Source: a virus (taxonomy: Duplodnaviria; Heunggongvirae; Uroviricota; Caudoviricetes). Taken from it: 64,000 bases of DNA. The position numbers were made by a program, and so were the translations under genes. The stretch is from IMG/VR virus record IMGVR_UViG_3300029288_000055, positions 298,764 through 362,763 of that record, one strand, 5' to 3'. Of the stretch, positions 18,380 to 28,365 are shown piece after piece. How positions within the stretch are numbered: position 1 is the first letter of the stretch; each line of letters begins with the position of its first letter. The notes below the pieces were generated by a model, which was given only the letters and a program-made list of their open reading frames with translations, was not told the DNA's origin and ran no database searches.

Positions 18380-18777
18380 AATGTATTTTTACTTTTAATA
18401 ACTCGTGAATAAACATACTCCAAAAATAAATTGATATATACGCTTGGAGTAATATTTTTTGCTGTATCAGGTATGGTGTTTTCAAATGCTTTCACAAATG
18501 CTTTGAATATGTCCTTTAGTGTGATTTCTATAAGAATTGAATCAGCATCCCTTTCATCATTTTCTTCTTTTAAAGAATTTTGTACTACTGAATACATGTT
18601 GTAAACCATGCCTTGTCCGTATGTGCTAAACCCATATACCACATCTTTATTCAGTTCATCATCACTGAGCACAGCAAGGGGATAGCATTCTCTGAAACCA
18701 TTCCTAAAGAATGTCATTCTTTTTAGAGTTTCGGGATAAAGTTCATCCCAACCGATTGCTTTAAGTAATTTTTCCAT
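18376..18777 (-). CDS. hypothetical protein (133 aa)
   Basis: ORF track. Confidence 0.55.
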   Translation of the reverse strand: MEKLLKAIGWDELYPETLKRMTFFRNGFRECYPLAVLSDDELNKDVVYGFSTYGQGMVYNMYSVVQNSLKEENDERDADSILIEITLKDIFKAFVKAFENTIPDTAKNITPSVYINLFLEYVYSRVIKSKNTL

Positions 18778-19001
18778 TAGCTGGCGTAATTATATTTCAG
18801 ATTGGTTTTGGTTATTCCTGTATTGTTTACACCAGTACAGGTTATCATAAACCTGCCGTCATCAAAAAGGTGTGGCTGACCTTTTTCGTCCAGAGCGCAC
18901 ATATTTATCGTGTCATCTTCTATTTTAATAACGATGTAAAGACCATTTGCCCAACTGAAACTCTTATGTTCACTTTCTACATGTATAACATCATAATACA
19001 T
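18777..19001 (-). CDS. hypothetical protein (74 aa)
   Basis: ORF track. Confidence 0.45.
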   Translation of the reverse strand: MYYDVIHVESEHKSFSWANGLYIVIKIEDDTINMCALDEKGQPHLFDDGRFMITCTGVNNTGITKTNLKYNYAS

Positions 19002-19019
19002 ATTATTTTCTCCTATAAT

Positions 19020-19457
19020 TTATTTTGCGTAATATTTAACAATAGTTTTTGCTGATTTAAGATTATGATATAAGAAAAATCTTCTACCCCAACTTCTACC
19101 TTCTCTCTCCTTAATTATTATATCAATAGCTTTCAGAGTTTCAGGATGCTGTGGTACTAAACCAGTTTTTTTACAGGCTTCTTTGATTATTTTCTGATAA
19201 AACATTTCAGCTTCAGTTCTTTTTGCTTTCTGACCTGCTTTCTGTGCTTCTGAGAGTTGTTTACGATACTTCGGGTCTTGACGTACTTCTTCCTCACTGA
19301 GTCCCGTAGAAGCCATTATTTTACGTAATTCCTGTGCTTCATCCTTGTTAGGATAATGCTTAGTGGGGTCATTGGCTATCTTAGCTGCCTTACGTACAGT
19401 TGTGTATGTTCTGCTGTTTTGACAGTCATCATCATAATCATCATCAAAAAGTCCCAT
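19020..19457 (-). CDS. hypothetical protein (145 aa)
   Basis: ORF track. Confidence 0.55.
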   Translation of the reverse strand: MGLFDDDYDDDCQNSRTYTTVRKAAKIANDPTKHYPNKDEAQELRKIMASTGLSEEEVRQDPKYRKQLSEAQKAGQKAKRTEAEMFYQKIIKEACKKTGLVPQHPETLKAIDIIIKEREGRSWGRRFFLYHNLKSAKTIVKYYAK

Positions 19458-19512
19458 ATTATTCTTTATGTTTCCAAGGTTGATTATATTTTCTTTTACT
19501 GAAATCTGGTAA

Positions 19513-19965
19513 TTATTTACTATACCAAGTTATATGTGTTGCGTCAAGTTCTGGTGTATTAAATACTTCATCATTACTTTTCATGCCATTTTTTACCCAA
19601 TACCCACAACCATCATAATTATTAATACCTTGAACTTTAGCTATTTCCCATTCTTCAAGGGTATAAATATCTTCATCAAGATCAGGGTCTAATTTAATGT
19701 TATATTGTCGAGTTTTTAGTTTTTGATTTGCTTCATGACGTTTGAGTGCAAGATATAATGCAATTATATAAAAAGCATCAGCCATTGCAATTCCTAACCA
19801 AATATTTATACTTATGCCAATCATAAATCCAACAAATAAACCTGCAAATACTGTAAATATTAACATCCATACAAGCAATTTTTCATTGATTAATACAATA
19901 GATTTCTCAATTTGAGCATCAAATGCTAACAGTTTTTTCCAGATATTATTTAGATATGTTTTCAT
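19513..19965 (-). CDS. membrane protein (150 aa)
   Basis: Two TM helices. Confidence 0.55.
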   Translation of the reverse strand: MKTYLNNIWKKLLAFDAQIEKSIVLINEKLLVWMLIFTVFAGLFVGFMIGISINIWLGIAMADAFYIIALYLALKRHEANQKLKTRQYNIKLDPDLDEDIYTLEEWEIAKVQGINNYDGCGYWVKNGMKSNDEVFNTPELDATHITWYSK

Positions 19966-19967
19966 AA

Positions 19968-20138
19968 TTAAAAGGATTTAACGATAATACATGCTTCAGT
20001 AATCTTTTTGTTGCGAGTATATGCTTCTCTATATACTAAAGGAATAACAGTAACAAATCCACCTTTAATTAAATTTTCAAGATGAACATTTAAATCGCCA
20101 TCGCTTTCAGTCCATGATAAAATACCTTGTTTTTCCAT
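19968..20138 (-). CDS. small hypothetical protein (56 aa)
   Basis: Not in the track. MEKQGILSWTESDGDLNVHLENLIKGG... Its stop is 2 nt before the next ATG. Confidence 0.35.
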   Translation of the reverse strand: MEKQGILSWTESDGDLNVHLENLIKGGFVTVIPLVYREAYTRNKKITEACIIVKSF

Positions 20139-20156
20139 GATTTTTAATTAATAAGA

Positions 20157-21047
20157 TTATTGAAGATTTTCTATCTTAGTTCTGAATACATTATTGGTGC
20201 TATCAGATAAGAAACCATATTCGAAGTTAATTCTCTGTATTTTTAATGCTTTATTATAGAAGTTATTTGGAAATGTATCAAGCATAGTATTATTTTTATT
20301 TGCAATTAACTGACAGGCTTTCTCAATACTGAAATATCCTTCACGCTGTTCTGCAATAAAAATAGAAAGGTCTGCGTAGAATTTTGAAAATATATTATAA
20401 TCAATGGGTTGATTTTCTTGTAACCATTTCCAAGTAAGTTTTTCCCCGTCTGCACGATTTTCCATGATTAGTTTAGTTGCTTGGATGAATACATCTTTAT
20501 TGACATTTGTAATTTTTTCTTTCTGTAAATAGGTCTTCCAAAGTTTATCATAGAAGCCAAGTTTTTCTTCAATTTTCTGTTGATATGTATTATGATATAT
20601 CTTGGAAGTATTATACATGAAAACCGATTGATTATAAATAGTTTTACCTAACTTAAATACCTGTACTAAAAAGATAAGTATGATTGTAAACCATATCCAA
20701 CGTTTCCACCGAATAGGTTTACTTTCTTTAGGTTCTTTTTCTTCTTCATCTCTTCTACGTCTGTGATTATATTCGTCTTTGTTATAGAGAGATTTAAATG
20801 GTGGATTATCATTACTAAATTCCCATATGGCATAAATAAGATAAACAATGTCAAATATGATTACGAGTGCATTTATTGCCATATGAATCCAACCATAGCT
20901 TACGTATGAATGATATGAATCTTTTACAAAGACATCATTAAAGATTTTGGTTTCATTGAATAGCCAAAAATTTAAGAATGTTAAGGCAATGCCAAATAGT
21001 ATTAAAGCAATGACAACTGCGGTACGAGTAATTTTAAAATTTTTCAT
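20157..21047 (-). CDS. membrane protein (296 aa, 3 TM plus a C-terminal soluble domain)
   Basis: ORF track. Has an RRRRDEEEKEPKESK linker. Confidence 0.6.
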   Translation of the reverse strand: MKNFKITRTAVVIALILFGIALTFLNFWLFNETKIFNDVFVKDSYHSYVSYGWIHMAINALVIIFDIVYLIYAIWEFSNDNPPFKSLYNKDEYNHRRRRDEEEKEPKESKPIRWKRWIWFTIILIFLVQVFKLGKTIYNQSVFMYNTSKIYHNTYQQKIEEKLGFYDKLWKTYLQKEKITNVNKDVFIQATKLIMENRADGEKLTWKWLQENQPIDYNIFSKFYADLSIFIAEQREGYFSIEKACQLIANKNNTMLDTFPNNFYNKALKIQRINFEYGFLSDSTNNVFRTKIENLQ

Positions 21048-21086
21048 AAAATAATTTTTAAGTTTCTATAAAACGATTTTTTGTTT

Positions 21087-21118
21087 CTTATACGTAAAAA
21101 TAATATAAAAGGTTACAA
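21087..21118 (-). promoter_or_regulatory. promoter-like motif TTGTAAC-N17-CGTATAAG (minus-sense)
   Basis: The + strand reads CTTATACG-N17-GTTACAA. The upstream gene's stop at 21119-21121 abuts it. Confidence 0.55.
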
Positions 21119-21493
21119 TTATTCGTGATTCATTTGATGTTCAAGAAATTCAAGTCTTTCGTTAGTCTTATTAAAAACTGCTTTACGAATTCTGACTTTA
21201 TAAACTTTCATCCAAGCATATTCTTTACCAGTAACCACTGTACCTGTTTCGCCAAGAGGTAATTTAACTCTGTCACCCTTTTTATATAATAATCCATCTG
21301 TTGAATAACGTTCACCATCAAATTTAACTATTCCATCTTCAAAGATGATGATTTGGTAACCATATTTTTCTTTGAATGATAATAGTTTGGGTTTTAATGC
21401 ATTGAATTTATCTTCTTCATGTTCAGTCAAATAGTTCTTATATGCTTCCCAATCCTTACCTGCTTGAATTATGGTATCGTATGTTACTTTCAT
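21119..21493 (-). CDS. hypothetical protein (124 aa)
   Basis: ORF track. Confidence 0.55.
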   Translation of the reverse strand: MKVTYDTIIQAGKDWEAYKNYLTEHEEDKFNALKPKLLSFKEKYGYQIIIFEDGIVKFDGERYSTDGLLYKKGDRVKLPLGETGTVVTGKEYAWMKVYKVRIRKAVFNKTNERLEFLEHQMNHE

Positions 21494-21496
21494 AAT

Positions 21497-21721
21497 TTAA
21501 TTTGATTCTTTGAATTTAATAGTATCACCACTTAGAAAATACTCATTAGTAAAATATGTATGAACAACACCAGCACTATCTTTTACCCTATATTGAAAGC
21601 GATAAAGAAATTTATTACCATTTTCAAACTGTGATTGCACAACGCCTTTAGTAATTATTGGCTTTGGTTCACATGCTGTGAATAAGGTTAAGAAGCTAAA
21701 AAGAAATAATAATTTTTTCAT
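21497..21721 (-). CDS. putative lipoprotein (74 aa)
   Basis: MKKLLFLFSFLTLFTAC|EP lipobox. Confidence 0.5.
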   Translation of the reverse strand: MKKLLFLFSFLTLFTACEPKPIITKGVVQSQFENGNKFLYRFQYRVKDSAGVVHTYFTNEYFLSGDTIKFKESN

Positions 21722-21725
21722 ATGA

Positions 21726-22058
21726 TTATATTTTAATAAAACTTAGTAAAGGAAACATGCTATAATTTTTATCCTTTTGTGCCAAGACAAAAGCTATAAT
21801 TTTTTTCTGTGATTTTCTAAGATCACAGTATTTTGTTGTGTAATTATCCCAACGATAATTTGCACTAATTTTATTAAAATGCATTGCAACGCAACCAACA
21901 TTTAATTTATGATCAAATATTAATGTGTTCCACCAAGTTTCAGGGTCTGTGTATTCTGTATTAAGAATAGGAAATTGATCACGATTTAATCCCTTACCGT
22001 AATCAAGTTCAGCAAGTTTCAATGCAAATACCCCAAGTGCTTTTAAGTTATCTTCCAT
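21726..22058 (-). CDS. hypothetical protein (110 aa)
   Basis: ORF track. Confidence 0.5.
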   Translation of the reverse strand: MEDNLKALGVFALKLAELDYGKGLNRDQFPILNTEYTDPETWWNTLIFDHKLNVGCVAMHFNKISANYRWDNYTTKYCDLRKSQKKIIAFVLAQKDKNYSMFPLLSFIKI

Positions 22059-22444
22059 TACATGCCTGTTATTTGAAATGTAATTACAAGAATGTCAAAA
22101 TCATTATGATTTAAACCTAATCTTGTTCTTAAACTATTAATAGATAATTTTTTAATTACCCAAGCTAAGAGCGTAAAACCACCAAAACCAAAGATAAGAA
22201 AAAAAGCAATTGCTTTATCAATAGTCCACAACCACTGATTCTGTCCGTATGAACTACCATTATATATTATACCAGTAATAATAACATAAAGAATAATTGG
22301 AAGTATACCAATTCTGATGAAAGGAACTGCATATTTATAATGCATTTTTGGTATCCAAGGTAGCTTATATGCTTTCATTTCTTTTTCGAAATAATCAAGC
22401 TGTTCTGTTGTGAAATCTATTTTAGTTCCAATGATTTTTGTCAT
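22058..22444 (-). CDS. membrane protein (128 aa)
   Basis: TM helices. Confidence 0.55.
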   Translation of the reverse strand: MTKIIGTKIDFTTEQLDYFEKEMKAYKLPWIPKMHYKYAVPFIRIGILPIILYVIITGIIYNGSSYGQNQWLWTIDKAIAFFLIFGFGGFTLLAWVIKKLSINSLRTRLGLNHNDFDILVITFQITGM

Positions 22445-22719
22445 GACTCTTCATTGGTTTTATTACTGTTATTTATACTAACTATTTTAGGTGTAATATT
22501 CTGAATGAATTGACCTATATAGTGTATTACAATAAAGAAAGCAAATACATGCCAGTACTGGACATGAGTAAAAGGCAATTTCCATGTTGAAGTAGCCAGA
22601 TAAATAGTGTTTACATTTGGTGCAAGGAAATTGAATGCCAGAGTAAACATAATTGATTCGATAAGGCTAAAGCCTATCCAAATCAAATTCTTTAAGAAAG
22701 ATAATAATATTCCCATCAT
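22441..22719 (-). CDS. membrane protein (92 aa)
   Basis: TM helices. Confidence 0.5.
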   Translation of the reverse strand: MMGILLSFLKNLIWIGFSLIESIMFTLAFNFLAPNVNTIYLATSTWKLPFTHVQYWHVFAFFIVIHYIGQFIQNITPKIVSINNSNKTNEES

Positions 22720-22730
22720 TTTGTTTTTAT

Positions 22731-22925
22731 TTAAAAATTATTGTATCTTTTACCGCCACCGCCTAATACCATATACCATAGTGCAAAAAAACTAAACAAA
22801 GACATTATAAATGTTGCTTTAAGTTTTTTCCATGTAATGTGTCTTGAAATTCCTTCAAATCCAACAATAAATGTCATTATAACGCCTATGAGATATATTG
22901 AAAATAACATTTGTAACATTAACAT
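22731..22925 (-). CDS. small membrane protein (64 aa)
   Basis: Two TM helices. This run of three consecutive small membrane proteins may be holin-like. Confidence 0.45.
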   Translation of the reverse strand: MLMLQMLFSIYLIGVIMTFIVGFEGISRHITWKKLKATFIMSLFSFFALWYMVLGGGGKRYNNF

Positions 22926-22974
22926 ATGATATTAGTTTTAATTTAATACAAATATAATATTATTTTATTAATTG

Positions 22975-23607
22975 TTATGCTTTTTCAGAAATAATACTGC
23001 TTCCGCAATTCAAGCATATTGTATTATCTGGTGATGGTTCTGTATTTCCGCAATGTTTTTGACAATCTGATGCAATTACTTTTGCAAATTCAACCAGTCC
23101 AATCTGATCATCAATATGATAAGAATCAACATAACGTTCCATTGTTATCTTACCTTCATTACAAAGTTTAGAGATTTCGCCAACGTTTAAATCCCAATAA
23201 TCAACATTTATAATATCATGATGTTTTTTCTTATAACCCAATTCGGTAAGGGTTTTATCGAAATTTTCATCATAAACTGGTTGTGCACCATACTCAGCAG
23301 GAGAAGGACAACCACAGTGACCACCACTGCGAATAACGTTGCCAAGAATTTTTTTCTTGTCATCGGTTGGATGTTTACGCTCATGAAGAGCAACTGCTTT
23401 TGCAAGTATTAGACCATCCTTTGGGTCTTCCACACTGGCTACCCAATAATACCATGCACGTCTGAACGTCCATTTGCCAAGTTTACCAATAATAGTATAT
23501 GGTACTTCACTATTATTATTGTCAATCTTGATTTGTGGAATACCTGCCAGATATAATTCTTCTTTAATATACCTATCAGCATCTTTGTTTCCTGCTAAAT
23601 TTTCCAT
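22975..23607 (-). CDS. hypothetical Cys-containing protein (210 aa)
   Basis: ORF track. Confidence 0.6.
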   Translation of the reverse strand: MENLAGNKDADRYIKEELYLAGIPQIKIDNNNSEVPYTIIGKLGKWTFRRAWYYWVASVEDPKDGLILAKAVALHERKHPTDDKKKILGNVIRSGGHCGCPSPAEYGAQPVYDENFDKTLTELGYKKKHHDIINVDYWDLNVGEISKLCNEGKITMERYVDSYHIDDQIGLVEFAKVIASDCQKHCGNTEPSPDNTICLNCGSSIISEKA

Positions 23608-23619
23608 AATTTTTTTATT

Positions 23620-24075
23620 TTAAAATAAATCGTTAGTATAATATTCATTGTATTTCAATATATTATCAGCAAATTTATCAAATCTGGTAATATAAATTTC
23701 TTTATTCATAATAGTATCATATACTATTATTCCATGAAATTTTGCTTGTCCTGACATTACATAAACATAATGATATACAAACTTGTATCTATCAATAATA
23801 CCAATGTTTTTCACAATGCTTGAATCAGAATAAGTATCATTATTCAGTGCTAATATATCAGCATAATTAAATAGTTTTAATAATTGAGGTACTTGTATCG
23901 AATCAAATGTGACTGAATTATCCAATGTGGTAAATGTTATTGGTTGAGAAAGATCAGGTTGTGATGTAGTTTCTGGCATAACATTTGATTCGTTTGGAGA
24001 AACAGCTACAAATATAATCCCAAGCACCAAAATTGATGTAAAAATAATTGACCAAGTAAATATTTTTTTCTTCAT
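23620..24075 (-). CDS. membrane-anchored or secreted protein (151 aa)
   Basis: N-terminal TM helix. Confidence 0.55.
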   Translation of the reverse strand: MKKKIFTWSIIFTSILVLGIIFVAVSPNESNVMPETTSQPDLSQPITFTTLDNSVTFDSIQVPQLLKLFNYADILALNNDTYSDSSIVKNIGIIDRYKFVYHYVYVMSGQAKFHGIIVYDTIMNKEIYITRFDKFADNILKYNEYYTNDLF

Positions 24076-24085
24076 TAAATTATTT

Positions 24086-24382
24086 TTAATTTAAATCATA
24101 TCCACAATTTGGACAAATATTCGAATGTCTCAAGTCTTCTTTTGGATGCCAAGTATCACAATTTCCACAGTGCTTGTTATTCATTATAAAGAATATATCA
24201 TTTGCAATATTTTTGGCAAGTTGCCTGTTATATGTACAACGACTACTTTCACATATTTTATTTTCTGGTGATTTATTATCCTTAAGATACAACTGACAAG
24301 CCAAACAAGGACATATGGTATAATCCCAAGATATTTCTTTACCATTAATAATAATTATATTTTTCTTTACTTGAGTATCCAT
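24086..24382 (-). CDS. Zn-ribbon protein (98 aa)
   Basis: CPCLAC...CGNCD...CPNCG. Confidence 0.5.
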   Translation of the reverse strand: MDTQVKKNIIIINGKEISWDYTICPCLACQLYLKDNKSPENKICESSRCTYNRQLAKNIANDIFFIMNNKHCGNCDTWHPKEDLRHSNICPNCGYDLN

Positions 24383-24582
24383 TTCAAACTATCTTTATGT
24401 ATAAATGACTTTTCAAAACATTTAGGACATTCAAATACAACTGCTGTTCCTCCAATATTGTGACCTATTCTCACCACATCATATTCAGTTTCTCCAATAA
24501 TATCTTCAACATGAAGGTCTTCGTAGCAATGCGGACATTGCATTACACCAGTTTGTTCTTTAAGTGGTTGTAGGTCTATCAT
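24367..24582 (-). CDS. Zn-ribbon protein (71 aa)
   Basis: CPHC...CPKC. Confidence 0.45.
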   Translation of the reverse strand: MIDLQPLKEQTGVMQCPHCYEDLHVEDIIGETEYDVVRIGHNIGGTAVVFECPKCFEKSFIHKDSLKWILK

Positions 24583-25001
24583 TCTTTATTCTTTTTATAC
24601 CATTCAATAAAATGTGCCACTGCAATCCAAGCAAGTTCAATTGGTTTATATTCCATAGTTTCATCATTAATACAATAATTGAGATTTAATGTGTCTGCTA
24701 TAATTCTCTTGCCTTTGTATTCTTCCCCTGCACAATTGCCTTGATTAATTGCTATATAAGTTCCACCACTACCAGAAACACTAACATTGATAGGAAATCC
24801 ACTCAAATGAAATCGAGTTCTGAATCGAATTTCTGTTGCAATTTTAATAATAACAGGCATAAGCCAATCCCATGAAGAATGATATCGTAAATCATCAACA
24901 GGATAACATGAAATAGTGTTCCAGTTTGTATTTACACGACCTTCAAACTCAGCAATTGCTTTGTTTACAAGTTTAATTTTATTTTTATTAAAATGTTTCA
25001 T
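24579..25001 (-). CDS. hypothetical protein (140 aa)
   Basis: The ATG lies 5 nt after the CGTATAAG box. Confidence 0.55.
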   Translation of the reverse strand: MKHFNKNKIKLVNKAIAEFEGRVNTNWNTISCYPVDDLRYHSSWDWLMPVIIKIATEIRFRTRFHLSGFPINVSVSGSGGTYIAINQGNCAGEEYKGKRIIADTLNLNYCINDETMEYKPIELAWIAVAHFIEWYKKNKE

Positions 25002-25006
25002 GATAG

Positions 25007-25038
25007 CTTATACGAAATAAGTTATAAAAAGGTTACAA
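25007..25038 (-). promoter_or_regulatory. promoter-like motif TTGTAAC-N17-CGTATAAG (minus-sense)
   Basis: The stop codon of the upstream gene (25033-25035) is the TAA inside the TTG-TAA-C box. Confidence 0.55.
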
Positions 25039-25893
25039 TAAAACTTTGCTTTCTAATATTTCTTTAGTAATTGGTTGTACCACAATATTATTATCAACAA
25101 CATATTGAATTACAGTAAGCTGACCAGCAGTATCATTACGATAATATCTTTTACGTTCAATATACTTCCAGACTTCAGATGAATCAAATTCTTTTTTCTT
25201 TTCACTGTTTTCGAATTCAGCTTTCAATATGTTTTTAATTGCAATACGTTCTTGTCTCTTACTGTTGATAGGTATTTTAGCTATGATACCATCATATAAT
25301 GCATCACCACGAAGTTCATTATTTATTGAATCATAATTATCGGGATTAAATAATCTTATTCTGAATTGAAAACCTTTAATTTCTCCAAAATTCCACCAAT
25401 CTTTACATCTTGTTTTCCATTCGCTTTTTGATACGTCATCTGGTGGGTCACATTGATCTTGAGCATACCAATCAATTAAATATTCTCGCAATATGCCACG
25501 ATATTCAGGTACTGATATGCTGGGATATACAAGTGTTCTTCTTTCTTTTGCTTCCAGTGAAAGATTAAGTTCGACAGTAAAAGGATTCATAAACATTGAT
25601 TTACTTGCTGCTCTGCTGATTTGATATATCAATGATATCAAACTTGTATCTGCAGTGATCTTAATTTCGTTATATTCTTTTTGGGTAAACCTATCCAGAC
25701 TTAATCCAGCGAATTCAAGAATTTTATACGCAGGTATTCCATAGTCAACAAACTCTAAAACCATTTCAGCATATTTTTCTAATAGTTGATTTTCACCTGC
25801 TGCTCTGAATTTTGGTATTCTTTTAATAGTTTCATCTTGGACATATTTTAGTCCTTTGCGAGTCATAAGACCCTCATATGCTTTTAAACTCAT
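25033..25893 (-). CDS. hypothetical protein (286 aa)
   Basis: ORF track. Confidence 0.6.
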   Translation of the reverse strand: MSLKAYEGLMTRKGLKYVQDETIKRIPKFRAAGENQLLEKYAEMVLEFVDYGIPAYKILEFAGLSLDRFTQKEYNEIKITADTSLISLIYQISRAASKSMFMNPFTVELNLSLEAKERRTLVYPSISVPEYRGILREYLIDWYAQDQCDPPDDVSKSEWKTRCKDWWNFGEIKGFQFRIRLFNPDNYDSINNELRGDALYDGIIAKIPINSKRQERIAIKNILKAEFENSEKKKEFDSSEVWKYIERKRYYRNDTAGQLTVIQYVVDNNIVVQPITKEILESKVLL

Positions 25894-26225
25894 TATTTGG
25901 TTTTATTAAATTGTGCTTGAAATTTAAATGCTGGTAACATGTGCCTTAAGGCATCGAAGTAAGCATCATATGGATTATCAAAATGAAGTTCTCCATAATA
26001 TACTTCACTATAATCTTCACCACAAAAATATCTATATGAACCACAAAATTTTCTGTATGAAGGTGGCTTTGTGTGAAAGTTCAGTTGCATATAATTGGCA
26101 CTAACAAAGATGTTATGTTCTTCATACAGCCATTTGATTATACTCTGACATTCTTCGTCCCTTGGTAATTCCTTGGGTACATAGCCACTTGTTTGGAATC
26201 TTTTAACGAGTGTTTCGAGTTTCAT
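25893..26225 (-). CDS. hypothetical protein (110 aa)
   Basis: ORF track. Confidence 0.55.
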   Translation of the reverse strand: MKLETLVKRFQTSGYVPKELPRDEECQSIIKWLYEEHNIFVSANYMQLNFHTKPPSYRKFCGSYRYFCGEDYSEVYYGELHFDNPYDAYFDALRHMLPAFKFQAQFNKTK

Positions 26226-26479
26226 AATTCATCTTTTGGGGGTTCAACATCACACCAATGAGTCGGAATAAAAGAATCCTCAGTTTTTGGCATTGAAACT
26301 TTAAACATACCAAAAAAATCAAAAGAATATCCATATGACCAATGAGCACCATTTCCATCAATTGATTTAAGCCATCCAATAATGGCATATTTTTTTTCGT
26401 CTTTCTTTTGATAAAGAAGAACTGTCTTGTCGAATTCAGGTAAGTTCTTAATTCCGTCAATTTTTTGCCAGTTCCACAT
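26222..26479 (-). CDS. hypothetical protein (85 aa)
   Basis: Chosen over the overlapping 26203..26460 frame, which has junk-like composition. Confidence 0.45.
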   Translation of the reverse strand: MWNWQKIDGIKNLPEFDKTVLLYQKKDEKKYAIIGWLKSIDGNGAHWSYGYSFDFFGMFKVSMPKTEDSFIPTHWCDVEPPKDEL

Positions 26480-26484
26480 AATAA

Positions 26485-26835
26485 TTATTTTATAATGTTT
26501 GTTATTTTAAAATCAATCACACCCCATTTAATAAAAGAATCTTCATAAGAACATGTTCCACTCCAATAAAGCGGATAATAATTAATAATGTTTAATCCAT
26601 ATGCGCCTTTATATTGATCAATTTTTAATTGAGTGCCTTCATAAAGTTCAATGGTGTCTTTAGTAGTTATTCCACTTACAAGAGTAAGTTCCATACAATA
26701 TTTTACTTTGGGAATGTTTTGCTTTTTACCGTTACCTTCAGGATTACAAGCATACATGAATACTGTAATAATTAAAATAAGAAAAAATTTTGTTTTCATA
26801 TGTTTAGTTTTTATTAATAATTTAAATTCTCTCAT
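26485..26835 (-). CDS. putative lipoprotein (116 aa)
   Basis: ...[13 protein letters not shown]|NPEG lipobox. Confidence 0.5.
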   Translation of the reverse strand: MREFKLLIKTKHMKTKFFLILIITVFMYACNPEGNGKKQNIPKVKYCMELTLVSGITTKDTIELYEGTQLKIDQYKGAYGLNIINYYPLYWSGTCSYEDSFIKWGVIDFKITNIIK

Positions 26836-27233
26836 GGTAATTCTTTATTTATATGACAATTTTTATATTTTTTACCTGATTTACAGGGGCATCGTTCATT
26901 TCTTCCAATTTTGGGTTCTGTCCTGACAGGTTGTATATCTGCTTCACGTTCTTTCTTGGTAAGATGACTGTACTTGAAATCATCATATGCTTTATGTATC
27001 TTAAGTTCTATAGGTGGCATTGAAGCAATTACCTCTTCGTATGGTTTCATTAAATCAGCAACAGGTATACCTTCTCCAATAAGTTTCTCAATATCAACAA
27101 ACTCAACGCTATCGTTTTTTCCCGACTTATCAAGCAATGCTTTTAATTTTGCATTGGTGATTGCATTTCCACCTGCAATTAAGATTTTTTTCTTATCTTG
27201 TTTGCTCCACCTATCTTTATTTTCTTCTTCCAT
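26832..27233 (-). CDS. SEC-C-motif protein (133 aa)
   Basis: C-terminal [14 protein letters not shown] is a SEC-C metal-binding motif. Confidence 0.6.
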   Translation of the reverse strand: MEEENKDRWSKQDKKKILIAGGNAITNAKLKALLDKSGKNDSVEFVDIEKLIGEGIPVADLMKPYEEVIASMPPIELKIHKAYDDFKYSHLTKKEREADIQPVRTEPKIGRNERCPCKSGKKYKNCHINKELP

Positions 27234-27543
27234 CAGGACTAATTTTTATTAATTCATTACGATATATTGAAGCAAGAACATTTAACATTAATGAGCATAC
27301 TTTTTTATTTCTGAAATTAAGACTTATATCTTTTTTTGTTTTTTCAAGTAATAATTGTAAATAAAAACATTTTAGGTTTTTTTCCATACAACTAAGTGCT
27401 TTCATTCTTACATTGAATCTGTGGAAATAAACACTAACATTTTGCGTTAGACTTTCTTCACAAATTTCTGTGAGATAATCAGCTAAATAATTTGCAGCAC
27501 GATTTTCTGCATAAGTCCATGTAGTTGGGTCTACTTTTTTCAT
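27217..27543 (-). CDS. hypothetical protein (108 aa)
   Basis: ORF track. Confidence 0.5.
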   Translation of the reverse strand: MKKVDPTTWTYAENRAANYLADYLTEICEESLTQNVSVYFHRFNVRMKALSCMEKNLKCFYLQLLLEKTKKDISLNFRNKKVCSLMLNVLASIYRNELIKISPDGRRK

Positions 27544-27860
27544 TAGTATAAATTTTCACTAATTAAAAAATCGTCTGAACTTTCTTTGCCATAAACTATT
27601 TGATCATTTGCTTTTGCAATTTTCCATGCTTCTATTCTGTTCACAAATCTATTATGACTGGTAAGGAAACCCTGTTTGTCACGTCCCGGTAAACCATCAT
27701 CGAGATCAAGTGTTACAAATACTGGTGATTGGTCAATTACTTCATGAATTGTTTTACGCATTACTTCAAGAACTTTATAACAATCACTGTGTCTGTATCC
27801 TGCAACGATAACACCATTATAATCAAGAGCAGCACATAATATATATTCTGGTTTTTCCAT
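27543..27860 (-). CDS. hypothetical protein, paralogue 1 (105 aa)
   Basis: Shares the ILC(A/S)A...GHRHS(D/Q)C...QGFLTS(H/K)NRFV(N/D)R.EA and ...SE(N/D)LY* blocks with 28337..28675. Confidence 0.55.
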   Translation of the reverse strand: MEKPEYILCAALDYNGVIVAGYRHSDCYKVLEVMRKTIHEVIDQSPVFVTLDLDDGLPGRDKQGFLTSHNRFVNRIEAWKIAKANDQIVYGKESSDDFLISENLY

Positions 27861-27864
27861 AATA

Positions 27865-27895
27865 GTTATACGTAACTAACTATTTTTAGTTACAT
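27865..27895 (-). promoter_or_regulatory. degenerate copy of the promoter-like motif
   Basis: The + strand reads GTTATACG-N16-GTTACAT. Confidence 0.3.
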
Positions 27896-28183
27896 TTTTT
27901 CGCACAATTCTTCAAAAGTATCTGGTTGCCATAGTCCATAATGACCTTCTAATTTAATCCATACTAATCGATCAGGATAAAAAATGTCAGGACAAAGGCG
28001 AGAATAATGACCTGCTTCAATCACAACATCACTTATAATAACCTTCTCACCTTTTTCAAATATAATTTGACCGCCAATAGTAATTATATCGCCATTAATC
28101 GTTAAGGTGTCGCCTTCTTTTGGTATTGGAATCTTTAGTGCCATGCTATACCGTATTCCATTGCATCTTTGCAACCTTGACAC
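27890..28183 (-). CDS. hypothetical protein (97 aa)
   Basis: ORF track. Confidence 0.5.
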   Translation of the reverse strand: MSRLQRCNGIRYSMALKIPIPKEGDTLTINGDIITIGGQIIFEKGEKVIISDVVIEAGHYSRLCPDIFYPDRLVWIKLEGHYGLWQPDTFEELCEKM

Positions 28184-28365
28184 AGTTGCGGACCGTTATA
28201 CCATTTCGTTTCATCCCTGATTGGCTGATGACAACATTTACATCTTTTACCATCTTCGATTTCAGGTTCAATTACTTTGGCTCTGAATATAGAACCAATA
28301 TTTCTGATTGTTCGTCTCTCTTTAGTCATATCTCGTTTAGTATAAATCTTCACTGAATAATCCAA
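28135..28365 (-). CDS. Zn-finger protein (76 aa)
   Basis: CKCCHQ...CQGC. Confidence 0.45.
   Translation of the reverse strand: MDYSVKIYTKRDMTKERRTIRNIGSIFRAKVIEPEIEDGKRCKCCHQPIRDETKWYNGPQLCQGCKDAMEYGIAWH

Noticed and set aside
26203-26460. Alternative-frame 85-aa ORF overlapping 26222..26479
   Set aside because: Its composition (FFFIKRKTKKNM...) looks like translated non-coding frame. The overlapping frame is protein-like and fits the gene spacing.
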